DNA of 41,848 nucleotides. It comes from a virus. Taxonomy: Duplodnaviria > Caudoviricetes. Where the stretch lies: IMG/VR virus record IMGVR_UViG_3300048579_000420, positions 1-41,848 of that record. One strand, 5' to 3'. Both the position numbers and the translations under genes were made by a program. Under the pieces are notes generated by a model. That model made no database searches, was not told where the DNA came from, and worked only from the letters and a program-made list of their open reading frames with translations. Below, piece after piece: positions 24,407-32,935 of this stretch; the stretch's first letter is position 1; each line of letters opens with the position of its first letter.

Positions 24407-25396
24407 ATGGGACTCGAACAATACAAGGTACTCCAGCACAAGGTCATGACCGCCATGGTCCAGGCCTTCACCCAACCGATCTTGCGCGGCAAGACCATGT
24501 TCCCGGACCAGCCGATCCTGACCAACACGGCCGAATGGGACGTGGTTCGCTCCTCGCGGACGCTCGCTCAGTTCTCGGTGCCTGGCACGGCCGCCAAGAT
24601 CGTCGCCCTGATGAGCCAGGAGAAGAAGACCTCGACGACCGCCCACATCTTCCAGAAGAAGATCATCCCGGGCGCCGTCATGGCCTGGCTCCGTCAGCCC
24701 GGCACCGAGCATCAGCAGATGGGCGAGCGCAAGGTGGCGGACGAGATCCAGGATCTCGATCTCACCGTCGAGCATCTGAAGGAGTGGGCCCGCTGGCAGG
24801 TGCTCACTACCGGCAAGCTGATCATCAACCAGCCGGACATCAAAGCCAACGTGGACTTCCAAGTGGCCAACAGCCATCTGCCGCAGCCGGACGTGAGCTG
24901 GGACGATGAGGACCACGACGCGCCGATCATCGAGAACCTCCGTGCCTGGCGTACGCTGGTCAACGAGGATTGTGGCGAGGTCGTCACCCGCATGATCGTC
25001 TCCGAGGACGTCATGAGCGCGATGATCAGCAACAACGGCGTTTATCGCCTGATGGGCGATCAGCTCAAGACACAGATCCTCAAGACGGGCTACATCACCC
25101 AGATGCTCGGCATGGAGATCGAACTCTACACGGCCACCTACAAAGACTCCAACAACGCCACCCAGACCTACCTCCCGAAGTCCAAGATCCTGCTCACCGC
25201 CGGCACGGGCTTCGCCGAGGAGCAGACCGCGCCCTCGACGGATCCCAAGTCGGGATTCCGCCCCGGGAAGTTCTCAAAGTCCTGGGAGCAGGAGGATCCC
25301 CCGCAGGTCATGGCGTCGATCGAGGACAACCTTCTCCCGGTCCTCAAGAAGCCCGACAACATCCTCTGCGCCAACGTCATCTTCGGCGAAGGCTAG
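24407..25396 (+). CDS. Major capsid protein (lambda E-like)
   Basis: 329 aa; EW...QVL.TGK, VDF, DP....S..LPV motifs; synteny. Confidence 0.88.
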   Translation: MGLEQYKVLQHKVMTAMVQAFTQPILRGKTMFPDQPILTNTAEWDVVRSSRTLAQFSVPGTAAKIVALMSQEKKTSTTAHIFQKKIIPGAVMAWLRQPGTEHQQMGERKVADEIQDLDLTVEHLKEWARWQVLTTGKLIINQPDIKANVDFQVANSHLPQPDVSWDDEDHDAPIIENLRAWRTLVNEDCGEVVTRMIVSEDVMSAMISNNGVYRLMGDQLKTQILKTGYITQMLGMEIELYTATYKDSNNATQTYLPKSKILLTAGTGFAEEQTAPSTDPKSGFRPGKFSKSWEQEDPPQVMASIEDNLLPVLKKPDNILCANVIFGEG

Positions 25397-25403
25397 GGGC
25401 CGC

Positions 25404-25808
25404 ATGGCAGTCAAGATCATGCGCGGCGGCCTCACGATCGGCCTGAGGGTGTACCAGGAGGGGGAAGTGATCGACAACCCGAGCGATCGCCTCCTCGCCG
25501 TCGCCCGAAACCCCAGGCGAGACGAGGCCGAGGAGATACCCGACGAAACCCCGGAAGATCCGGCGCCCCCCGCAGCGGTGGCGCCGGTTTCGCTCTCCGT
25601 GGGTAGTGACGAGGATCTCCCGGAGGGCAGGACGGAGGACGCGCCCGACGACCCGCCGCGCTACACAGCGGAAGCGCTCGGAGAGCTGACTCGGGATCAG
25701 CTCAGGGAGATCGCCAAGGGGCTCGGAGCGGACGTGGCGGGCAACGCCGCGAAGGCGGTCTTCATCGACGCCATCTTGGCCAAGCAGGCCCAGGAGGGGG
25801 AGGGGTAG
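25404..25808 (+). CDS. Capsid-adjacent protein with Rho-N/HeH-like C-terminus
   Basis: LT..QLREIAK.LG..AK...IDAIL. Confidence 0.7.
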   Translation: MAVKIMRGGLTIGLRVYQEGEVIDNPSDRLLAVARNPRRDEAEEIPDETPEDPAPPAAVAPVSLSVGSDEDLPEGRTEDAPDDPPRYTAEALGELTRDQLREIAKGLGADVAGNAAKAVFIDAILAKQAQEGEG

Positions 25809-25838
25809 CGCCCTCCCTCGCTTTTCTCGGAGGTGGAC

Positions 25839-26279
25839 ATGGGAAACGCCTATACGACTCAGCAAAAGGTGCTGGACGAGGGGCTTAAGGACGTTCCGAA
25901 CAGCTCGAAGGCCCTCATACCGGGCTGGATCGAGGACTCCTCGCGCATCGTGGATACCGCGCTCGCGAGGGTCTACCGAGTGCCCTTCAGGGACATCACC
26001 GCATCCCCCGGCACCCCGTCCCTGATCGAGCAGATCGCCCGATACCTGACGGTGGACCGGCTACTTCGGAAGCTGGGGCTCCTGCGCTACGACGAGAACA
26101 ACCGCCTCGTCGACAGCTACGAGCAGAAGGCCTGGGACCTGCTCGACAAGCTCAAGTCGGGCGAGTTGGCTATCCCGGCCGATCAGCTTCCCGGCGAGCC
26201 TCTCCCGGTCGTCATGCCCGGCGCCACGTCCCAGAGGCCGCCCAAGGTCTTCCACGAGGGAGCATTTCGCGAATGGTAG
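25839..26279 (+). CDS. Head-tail connector (Mu gp36-like)
   Basis: AY.T..VD..L...Y.VP..IA..L..Y..A...L..L..G.L pattern. Confidence 0.75.
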   Translation: MGNAYTTQQKVLDEGLKDVPNSSKALIPGWIEDSSRIVDTALARVYRVPFRDITASPGTPSLIEQIARYLTVDRLLRKLGLLRYDENNRLVDSYEQKAWDLLDKLKSGELAIPADQLPGEPLPVVMPGATSQRPPKVFHEGAFREW

Positions 26280-26896
26280 GCCTGGGGTTATCGGTCGATA
26301 ACCGGGCGCTCACCATCCTCTCGGGGCTTGAGGAAGCGATCTCCGATTGGTCGGTGCCTCTCGCCAACTTCCACGCCTACATGATCCGCGAGGTGGACGA
26401 GCAGTTCAAGGTCGCAGGGGATGGCACCCGAAGCACCTTCGCCCGCGGCGTCTGGTGGCCCGGCTTCGCCCCGCAGTACACCCGGAAGACGGATGGCGTG
26501 GTGGTCCCGGCCTGGGGCGGCGTGCCGAACATCGGGCAGTACTCCTGGATCAACCAGCGCCGCAGGGAGAGCCAGAAGGCCCGCGGCGAGAAGGCCGACC
26601 GGACGAACCGCAACCGCAAGGTCAAGGGTCGCAAGCGTCCGAGCGGCCAGCGCATCACCCCATCCTCGAAGCTCATGCAGGACACCGGGGCGACGCGCGC
26701 GACCGCGATGACCGGGTTTGTCGAGGAGACGCCCACCAGCATCACCATGGGGCCGGGAACGCCCTATGCCGCCCGCCAGAACGCCATGCGTCAATTCGTG
26801 TTCTTCCAGACCCCGAAGGACCAAGAGGAGCTGGAACGCCAGGCCATGCGCTGGCTGAGAACCGAGGTAAAGGGCCTGGAAGCCCGAGGAGCTTAG
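26273..26896 (+). CDS. Virion morphogenesis protein (Mu gpG-like)
   Basis: F..G..W..LMQDTG..PYAA.QN..R.F pattern. Confidence 0.7.
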   Translation: MVGLGLSVDNRALTILSGLEEAISDWSVPLANFHAYMIREVDEQFKVAGDGTRSTFARGVWWPGFAPQYTRKTDGVVVPAWGGVPNIGQYSWINQRRRESQKARGEKADRTNRNRKVKGRKRPSGQRITPSSKLMQDTGATRATAMTGFVEETPTSITMGPGTPYAARQNAMRQFVFFQTPKDQEELERQAMRWLRTEVKGLEARGA

Positions 26897-27466
26897 ATGG
26901 CAGCACCCACGGAAGACTTTTTGAATCAGGCGGTTGGCGAGGTGATCGCCACCCTCAAGGCCTCGGCCGACTTCGTATCACCAGACTTCATCGACCAGGA
27001 GGGCGACGAAGAAGACGAGGGCGGGGGCGAGGAAGAGGGGGAGGTCGAGCCCTACGCTGTCCCCGAGGACGCCTGCGGCGTCATCGTCTACATCGAGGAC
27101 CGCCTCCCTCCGTGTGAGGAGATCCCCGACCATCGCCTCCCCCATTGCGGCGTGGCCTACCTGGGGGACGATCCCAACATCGCGGACAGTGCGGCCAGCG
27201 ACACCGCCTACACCATCAACCTCGGGCTCAGGCTCTACCACCGCGGCACCAACCGCCGCAAGGTCTGGCGCGAGCTCATGAGAGCCTGCGCGGTGATCGC
27301 CAAGATTGTCGCGTACGAGATGAGCCCCGAGGGCAGTAACTTCAACGGCTTTGCCGAAAACGCCCGCTACATTGGCGGCGTAGCCATCGACACCCGCGAG
27401 CAAAGCGGCTTCGGGGCGCTGCTACCCGTGCGGATCGCGCTCGAAATCAGCCGCCCCGATTACTAG
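26897..27466 (+). CDS. Putative tail terminator/neck protein
   Basis: Synteny between neck and tail tube genes; acidic insertion. Confidence 0.55.
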   Translation: MAAPTEDFLNQAVGEVIATLKASADFVSPDFIDQEGDEEDEGGGEEEGEVEPYAVPEDACGVIVYIEDRLPPCEEIPDHRLPHCGVAYLGDDPNIADSAASDTAYTINLGLRLYHRGTNRRKVWRELMRACAVIAKIVAYEMSPEGSNFNGFAENARYIGGVAIDTREQSGFGALLPVRIALEISRPDY

Positions 27467-27475
27467 GAGGCCCCA

Positions 27476-27724
27476 GTGAAGAAGAAACCGACCACCACCC
27501 CCCGGGCCGTCCGCATGGACCCGCCCCGAGGCTCCGAATCCTTCCCCGCCGACGACCCCCGCGCAGGTTACTACCAGCCGGGGGTTTCTTACGTCGTGGG
27601 TCACGCCCTGAGCCCCGAGAAGGCCGCCACCCTCGTCCAGGGGGGCGGTTACACCTACTGCGATCCCCCCGAGGCTCCTGCGGCCTCTGAGAGCGAGCCG
27701 GACGCCCCGGCCGAGGAGGAATAG
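27476..27724 (+). CDS. Hypothetical protein
   Basis: AGGAGG RBS plus GTG start. Confidence 0.65.
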   Translation: MKKKPTTTPRAVRMDPPRGSESFPADDPRAGYYQPGVSYVVGHALSPEKAATLVQGGGYTYCDPPEAPAASESEPDAPAEEE

Positions 27725-28699
27725 ATGGCTGTCGGAACAAAGGACCTGATCGGCTTCGCGATCGAGTCGGCATACGGGACCGCTCCCGCCGCCCCACTCA
27801 AGGCGTGGCCCTTCCGAGGCGATCGCCCCACGCCTCGCATGGAGGCCGCCAACGACGAGGACACGAAGACCGGGAGTCAGATCCTGGGCTCGGAGTCCGT
27901 CGTGGTCCGCCGCTGGCTGGAGGCGTCCGGGCTCGAGATGGATGCCCGGGTGGATAACCTGGCCTTCTGGCTCTACGTGACGCTCGGCACGATCGCGACC
28001 ACGGGCTCCAGCCCCACCTACACGCACGTCATCACGAACAACGGTGGCGAGAAGCCCAGCATGACGGCGTTCTACCGGAATGCGCTCGTGGACTCCGGCA
28101 AGCTCGAAGCCTACCCCGGACTCAAGGTCCAGTCCCTGACGATCCGGAGCCAGGAGGGAGCCAAGGTGATCGTGCTCCCCGACCTGATCGGTAAGGGCGT
28201 GGACTCCGCAGGCGGCTTCTCCGAGGTGACGGCGAGCATGGCGGCCCTCAACCGCGACAACCCGATCACCCACGGGAAGATCGACAAGATCTTGCTCGGT
28301 GGGACTGACTTCAAGGGCGCGCTCCGCTCCTTTGAGCTTGTCATCGCCCCTCAGTACAGCATCCAGGATGAGCGCGGCGCGGACGGCGTTTTGATCCAGC
28401 AGCTCGAATGCACGGGCGTCCAGATCACTGTCAGCGTCGAGTTCAACCACAACGCCGCCTCGAAGACCCTGATCGAGCGCGTCTTGGCCCAGACCGCCGC
28501 CGCCCTGGAGCTGAACATCGCCATGGGCACGCACTCCTGCAACATCAAGCTCCCTGCCGTCTTCCTGGACGATACGGCCGTCACCGGCGGCAAGGCCAAG
28601 CTCCGCAAGGCCTTCTCTGGCCGGGCTTACGAGGATCTGTCCACCGCCAAGGCGATCGAGGCGACCGTCATCAACGCCACCGCCAGCTATACCGCATAA
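27725..28699 (+). CDS. Tail tube (major tail) protein
   Basis: IGFAIESAYGTAP..YTH.I..PS.T..Y.G.KV..L motifs; no sheath gene present. Confidence 0.85.
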   Translation: MAVGTKDLIGFAIESAYGTAPAAPLKAWPFRGDRPTPRMEAANDEDTKTGSQILGSESVVVRRWLEASGLEMDARVDNLAFWLYVTLGTIATTGSSPTYTHVITNNGGEKPSMTAFYRNALVDSGKLEAYPGLKVQSLTIRSQEGAKVIVLPDLIGKGVDSAGGFSEVTASMAALNRDNPITHGKIDKILLGGTDFKGALRSFELVIAPQYSIQDERGADGVLIQQLECTGVQITVSVEFNHNAASKTLIERVLAQTAAALELNIAMGTHSCNIKLPAVFLDDTAVTGGKAKLRKAFSGRAYEDLSTAKAIEATVINATASYTA

Positions 28700-28709
28700 G
28701 GAGAGCGCC

Positions 28710-29159
28710 ATGGCCTTCATCTTGACCGACAAGCCCCGCCTTCATCGCCTGGAGTGCGACACCCCCGCCGGATCCACGTTCTACCTGACCTTCCGCGAGA
28801 TGACTGAGGACGAGCGCGGGAAGTTCGACCTGGAGCATGCGAAGTGCCGGAGCCGCCCCGGGGACAAGCCCGAGGACGCCACCCGGCGCTTCGACCTCCT
28901 GATCTCCCAGACCGCAGCAGCCCTGCTCGCCGACTGGGAGGGTGTCGAGGACGATGGCGGGAATCCCATCGAACTGACGGACGAGGTCCGGCGCGTCTTC
29001 GTAAAGGACGACGAAAGCCGGAAATACTGGCGGCCGTACATCTTCCGCTACCTCTGGCCCTCGACCCGGGAGGTGGGCCTGAAGAAGGACCGAGACGTGC
29101 AGATCGCGCCGCTCGACCTCTCGGAGGGTGAGGAGCGCCTGGACCCTCAGTTCTTCTAG
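28710..29159 (+). CDS. Tail assembly chaperone
   Basis: L.DWEGV.D..G.PI motif; lies between tube and tape-measure genes. Confidence 0.8.
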   Translation: MAFILTDKPRLHRLECDTPAGSTFYLTFREMTEDERGKFDLEHAKCRSRPGDKPEDATRRFDLLISQTAAALLADWEGVEDDGGNPIELTDEVRRVFVKDDESRKYWRPYIFRYLWPSTREVGLKKDRDVQIAPLDLSEGEERLDPQFF

Positions 29160-29515
29160 AGCAGGCGGAGCTACTCCACGACAAGCAAAAGGCCATCCGG
29201 GCGGGTGGCCTTGATTGCTCCGACTGCCCCTACCGGGCCGACCTGAAGCTCCAGGGGCGACGGTGGGGTAAGCAGGCCATCCGGGAGTTCTGCCATGACG
29301 GCAAGCGCCCGGAGAAGAAGGGGCCGCGCGACGGCTGTGCGGCCCTCTGGCCCGCCTGGGGTGTGGTCGCGGAGTACGCCGAGACGGTAGCCCTGTGCAA
29401 GGAAGGCATGCCCGCCCCCACCTACTGGACCCGCGACGACTGGCGCAACGCCGTCATGATCGCCAATCGCATGGAGCGGCTGGCGCATGAGGAGCTGCCC
29501 CGCAAGGAGATTTGA
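29132..29515 (+). CDS. Tail chaperone extension (G-T-like) in the -1 frame, with no start codon in its 5' portion
   Basis: Open frame LEQAELLHDKQKAIRAGGLDCSDCPY..ELPRKEI* ending 2 nt before the tape-measure ATG. Confidence 0.65.
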   Translation, partial: GAPGPSVLLEQAELLHDKQKAIRAGGLDCSDCPYRADLKLQGRRWGKQAIREFCHDGKRPEKKGPRDGCAALWPAWGVVAEYAETVALCKEGMPAPTYWTRDDWRNAVMIANRMERLAHEELPRKEI

Positions 29516-29517
29516 CC

Positions 29518-32166
29518 ATGGCACAGCAAGGCACCGTCACGATCACGGCGAAAGTCAACGCCGCCCAAGCCGAGCAGGCCTTGAAGTCCCTTGGTGGGGC
29601 GGCTCAGCGGATCGCCGTGGACTACCAGCGCTCCTCCGAGATCCAGGCGAAGGCAGCCCGTGGCACCACACAGCTCTATGAGCAGCAGGCCAAGGCCGCT
29701 ACCCAGGTGGCTGAGATCCGACGGCGCCTGGATGATCAGATGGCGCGCTCCACTATGACGAGCGTCGAGTACCGGATCCACGCCATCAAGCGCGAGGCCC
29801 AGGAGGTAGACAAGACGATCCGGCAGATGGCGATCAGTCGGAGGCAGCAAGAGGAACTGATCTACCGTAACGTCGCGGCGATGGAGGCCCAGATCACGGC
29901 CGTAACGAAGGCGGAGGCCGAGAAGCGGAAGGCGATCAGCAGCGAGCAGGCCGGATCCGCCGGTGGGCTCTCCGGGATGGCCTCGCGGATCGGGCGCGCC
30001 AGCCTCGTCGCTGGTACGGTTTCGGTCGGCGCGGGCATGGCCTGGAGTCAGATACAGCCTGCCATCGACGCGGCCGCCAAGTTCGAAGAGCGCATGGAGG
30101 CGCTCCAGATCATCACCCAGAAGACCGGGCGCTCCTTCGCGGATGCCTTGGCGATGATCAAGGAGTTTGACGACGGCATTACCTCGTCCGGAGCGGTTGC
30201 CGAGGCGGTTGGCTACCTCTCTACGATGAACGTGACCATGGACGAGCAGCGAAAGCTTATCGGCCTGATTCGAGATGGCCTTACGGCGGCCGGCCGGGAC
30301 GTGGACACCTACTTGCCTCAGATGGTCCTAGCCGTCAAGAACATGAACTCCACCATGTTCAACCACATGATGGTCACGAAAAACGCTGACGTGATGCTCA
30401 AGGAATACGCGCGTTCCATCGGGACCACCACGGAAAAACTGACGGAGAACCAGCGCCAGACGGCGGTTCTCATAGGAGTGACGCAGGAGCTCACGACCTA
30501 CCAAGGGCTGGCGGAGTCCTCCTCTCAGGACTACACCGGCAGCGTCAACCGCCTTGCTACCGCAAAAAAGAAGCTCGCCGAGAACATCGGCGCCGAATTC
30601 CTTCCTGCCATGAAGGGCGTGAACACCTGGCTTGAGCGGAATATCACCAGCTTCAACGAGTGGCTTGAGAAATCCCGCGCCGTGCGTGATCGGCAGTTCG
30701 AGATCGGGGCGGCTCGCTCCGCCCTGTACCGCGGCGAAGCTCTGACGTTTGGCCCTGGCTTCGGAGCGGATGCAGACCAGCGCGCCAAGGAAGCTGAGGC
30801 AAGGGAGGCCAACGAGCGGAAAGCGGCCGCAGAAGCGGCGGCAGAGCAACAGCGCGAAGCCGCCGAGAAGGCCAGAAAGGAGGCTGAAACCCAGGCGAAG
30901 AGGGCTGCTGACGATCAGAAGCGGCTCCGGGAGCAACTCAACAAGGATCTCCTCCTGATCGACACCACTGGGGCTGAGCAGCAACGCGTCCAGGCCAAGA
31001 TCCACCTCGGCGCCATGATCGCTCAGGCCCATGGCAGTGCCCAACTCGAGGCCGATGCCCGCAAGCTCTATTGGAAGCGCGTGAGCCAGATCGACCGCGA
31101 GGAGTCCGATCGCATCCAGGCGGAGAATACCCGCACTCGGATGAAGTACGGCGATGGCGGACTGTGGTTTGATGACACGATCAGCCGCGTAAATACCGAC
31201 GACGCCAATCTCCGCAAGCAGGAGACGCAAGGCGTCCATGACCTCTTCCGGCAGCACTTCTCCGAGCGCGAGCGCAAGGAGCAGGAGCTGATCGAGAAGC
31301 GCAAGCGCGCCGAGGAAGAGATCGGACGGACGCGGCAGCGGCTCGCAGAGGATGCGGCCCGCATGGTAGGCAGCTTCGCAGCCCAAGCCATCCGCACCGG
31401 AGAAGGTCCGTCAGGCGGCGATATGGCGCGGGGATCCGGAGCCATAATCGGCGGGGTGATCGGCAGCGCTTTTCCGGTCATCGGTACGGCCATCGGAGCC
31501 ACGGCAGGCGGGATCATCGGGGATATCGTCGGCGCGGAGTTCGATCGCCAAGACGCCGCAGCCGAGAAGCAACGCAAGGCCGCCGAGGACCAGCGCAAGG
31601 CCGCCGAGGACCAGCTAAAGGCTGTCAGCGATCGTCGGTATCGGGATCGGGTAGGGAACGAGTGGGGCGCGATCGATCAGCGCCAATCCAACGCTATGAC
31701 TCAGATCGACATTGACGAGCGATCCGGCAAGATCACGTCAGAGGAGGCGGACAAGCGCCGAACCGACCTGACCTACTCCGCCGGGATGGTGGACCTCCGC
31801 CAGGACGTGATCAAGCAGTTTGGAGGGGATCGTCTCGGAGGCTATGAGGATCAGATGGCCCAGGAGGTGATCGCGGCCATCCAGAGCGGCCGGGACATCT
31901 ACGACATCGCCAACAACCCGCCAGTCCAGGGCGTCCCCTTGGATATCAGCATGCTTGAGTTGATCGCCGAGCGCCTGAAGGGACTCGATCTTAGCAAGCA
32001 GCTCGCGGGTATTCTGCCGGGGTCTACCCCCCAGAATCCCAATTACACCATTGTCCTGAACCAGAAGGATATCTGGGCCTTCATGCCCAAGGATGCCTTC
32101 TTCCGCTCCGGCGGCCCCGGCACGCGGCGGGATGACGGGGCGAGGGGGGTAGGCGTCGGGGGGTGA
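29518..32166 (+). CDS. Tape measure protein
   Basis: About 880 aa, Ala-rich helical; GAIIGG..IGTAIGA..GG hydrophobic segment; synteny. Confidence 0.9.
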   Translation: MAQQGTVTITAKVNAAQAEQALKSLGGAAQRIAVDYQRSSEIQAKAARGTTQLYEQQAKAATQVAEIRRRLDDQMARSTMTSVEYRIHAIKREAQEVDKTIRQMAISRRQQEELIYRNVAAMEAQITAVTKAEAEKRKAISSEQAGSAGGLSGMASRIGRASLVAGTVSVGAGMAWSQIQPAIDAAAKFEERMEALQIITQKTGRSFADALAMIKEFDDGITSSGAVAEAVGYLSTMNVTMDEQRKLIGLIRDGLTAAGRDVDTYLPQMVLAVKNMNSTMFNHMMVTKNADVMLKEYARSIGTTTEKLTENQRQTAVLIGVTQELTTYQGLAESSSQDYTGSVNRLATAKKKLAENIGAEFLPAMKGVNTWLERNITSFNEWLEKSRAVRDRQFEIGAARSALYRGEALTFGPGFGADADQRAKEAEAREANERKAAAEAAAEQQREAAEKARKEAETQAKRAADDQKRLREQLNKDLLLIDTTGAEQQRVQAKIHLGAMIAQAHGSAQLEADARKLYWKRVSQIDREESDRIQAENTRTRMKYGDGGLWFDDTISRVNTDDANLRKQETQGVHDLFRQHFSERERKEQELIEKRKRAEEEIGRTRQRLAEDAARMVGSFAAQAIRTGEGPSGGDMARGSGAIIGGVIGSAFPVIGTAIGATAGGIIGDIVGAEFDRQDAAAEKQRKAAEDQRKAAEDQLKAVSDRRYRDRVGNEWGAIDQRQSNAMTQIDIDERSGKITSEEADKRRTDLTYSAGMVDLRQDVIKQFGGDRLGGYEDQMAQEVIAAIQSGRDIYDIANNPPVQGVPLDISMLELIAERLKGLDLSKQLAGILPGSTPQNPNYTIVLNQKDIWAFMPKDAFFRSGGPGTRRDDGARGVGVGG
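31573..31614 (+). repeat. 21-bp perfect tandem duplication in tape-measure gene
   Basis: CGCAAGGCCGCCGAGGACCAG x2 (RKAAEDQ x2). Confidence 0.9.
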
Positions 32167-32247
32167 TAGCGCTCACCCCCTTGCCTGCCTTTCCAATATG
32201 GGGCATGATGCTGCAATCGGATGCTCGTATGTCATAGGAGGTGCGCC

Positions 32248-32874
32248 ATGATCCGCCGCTTGCCGATAGCCCTGGTGTCCAGCGCCATCGCCCTCGGGGT
32301 GGTGAGTGGATGCGACATGGAGGTCTTCATGGGTGGGGTGAATATCTCTCCCAACTTGGGTGATAACCCAGCTACGACAGCCTCTCCCACCCCGACACCT
32401 CACCCTGACCATCTGAAGTATGTACAGGGAGTGGCGATGGAGCTGCGGAAAGATAACGGAACGCTATTAACCACCTACACAAGTGATTACTTTGACCTGT
32501 TCCAGTACAAAATCAGCGAATTGCCTGAATTTGGCCATTTCCGGATCTACTTCCAAGAAAAAAGCCTTGATGCTGGCGCAAACGGGTTTTTTATCTGGAA
32601 CAACAAGAAAGAATCCCAGCAAATCGAGTATATTAATCGAGGGTTTTTCGATTTCTTAGACTTTGATGAGGCTCCAGAGAGGGGGTGGGAAGTCGATTCC
32701 TACCTTGATCGAAAAATCCAAAAAGCTAAAATTGATGAGCTAATACTTTTCCGGATAACAGACACAGCTTCTAGCTCCATGTATTACGGAAAAATTAAAT
32801 TCAAGGAATTATATAAAGAAAAGGTCATTTTCGATTATATTTTGAACACAAGTCCCGGCGACCGGGCACTCTAA
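32248..32874 (+). CDS. Lipoprotein moron
   Basis: AGGAGG RBS; signal peptide with lipobox VSG-C; Pro/Thr linker; AT-rich body. Confidence 0.75.
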   Translation: MIRRLPIALVSSAIALGVVSGCDMEVFMGGVNISPNLGDNPATTASPTPTPHPDHLKYVQGVAMELRKDNGTLLTTYTSDYFDLFQYKISELPEFGHFRIYFQEKSLDAGANGFFIWNNKKESQQIEYINRGFFDFLDFDEAPERGWEVDSYLDRKIQKAKIDELILFRITDTASSSMYYGKIKFKELYKEKVIFDYILNTSPGDRAL

Positions 32875-32897
32875 GTTTTCACACAAACCACTCTCAT

Positions 32898-32926
32898 TCC
32901 CTGGCTTCGGCCGGGGATTTTCTTTT
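32898..32926 (+). terminator. Intrinsic terminator after the lipoprotein gene
   Basis: TCCCTGGC-TTCG-GCCGGGGA followed by TTTTCTTTT. Confidence 0.7.
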
Positions 32927-32935
32927 GGAGGTCCC

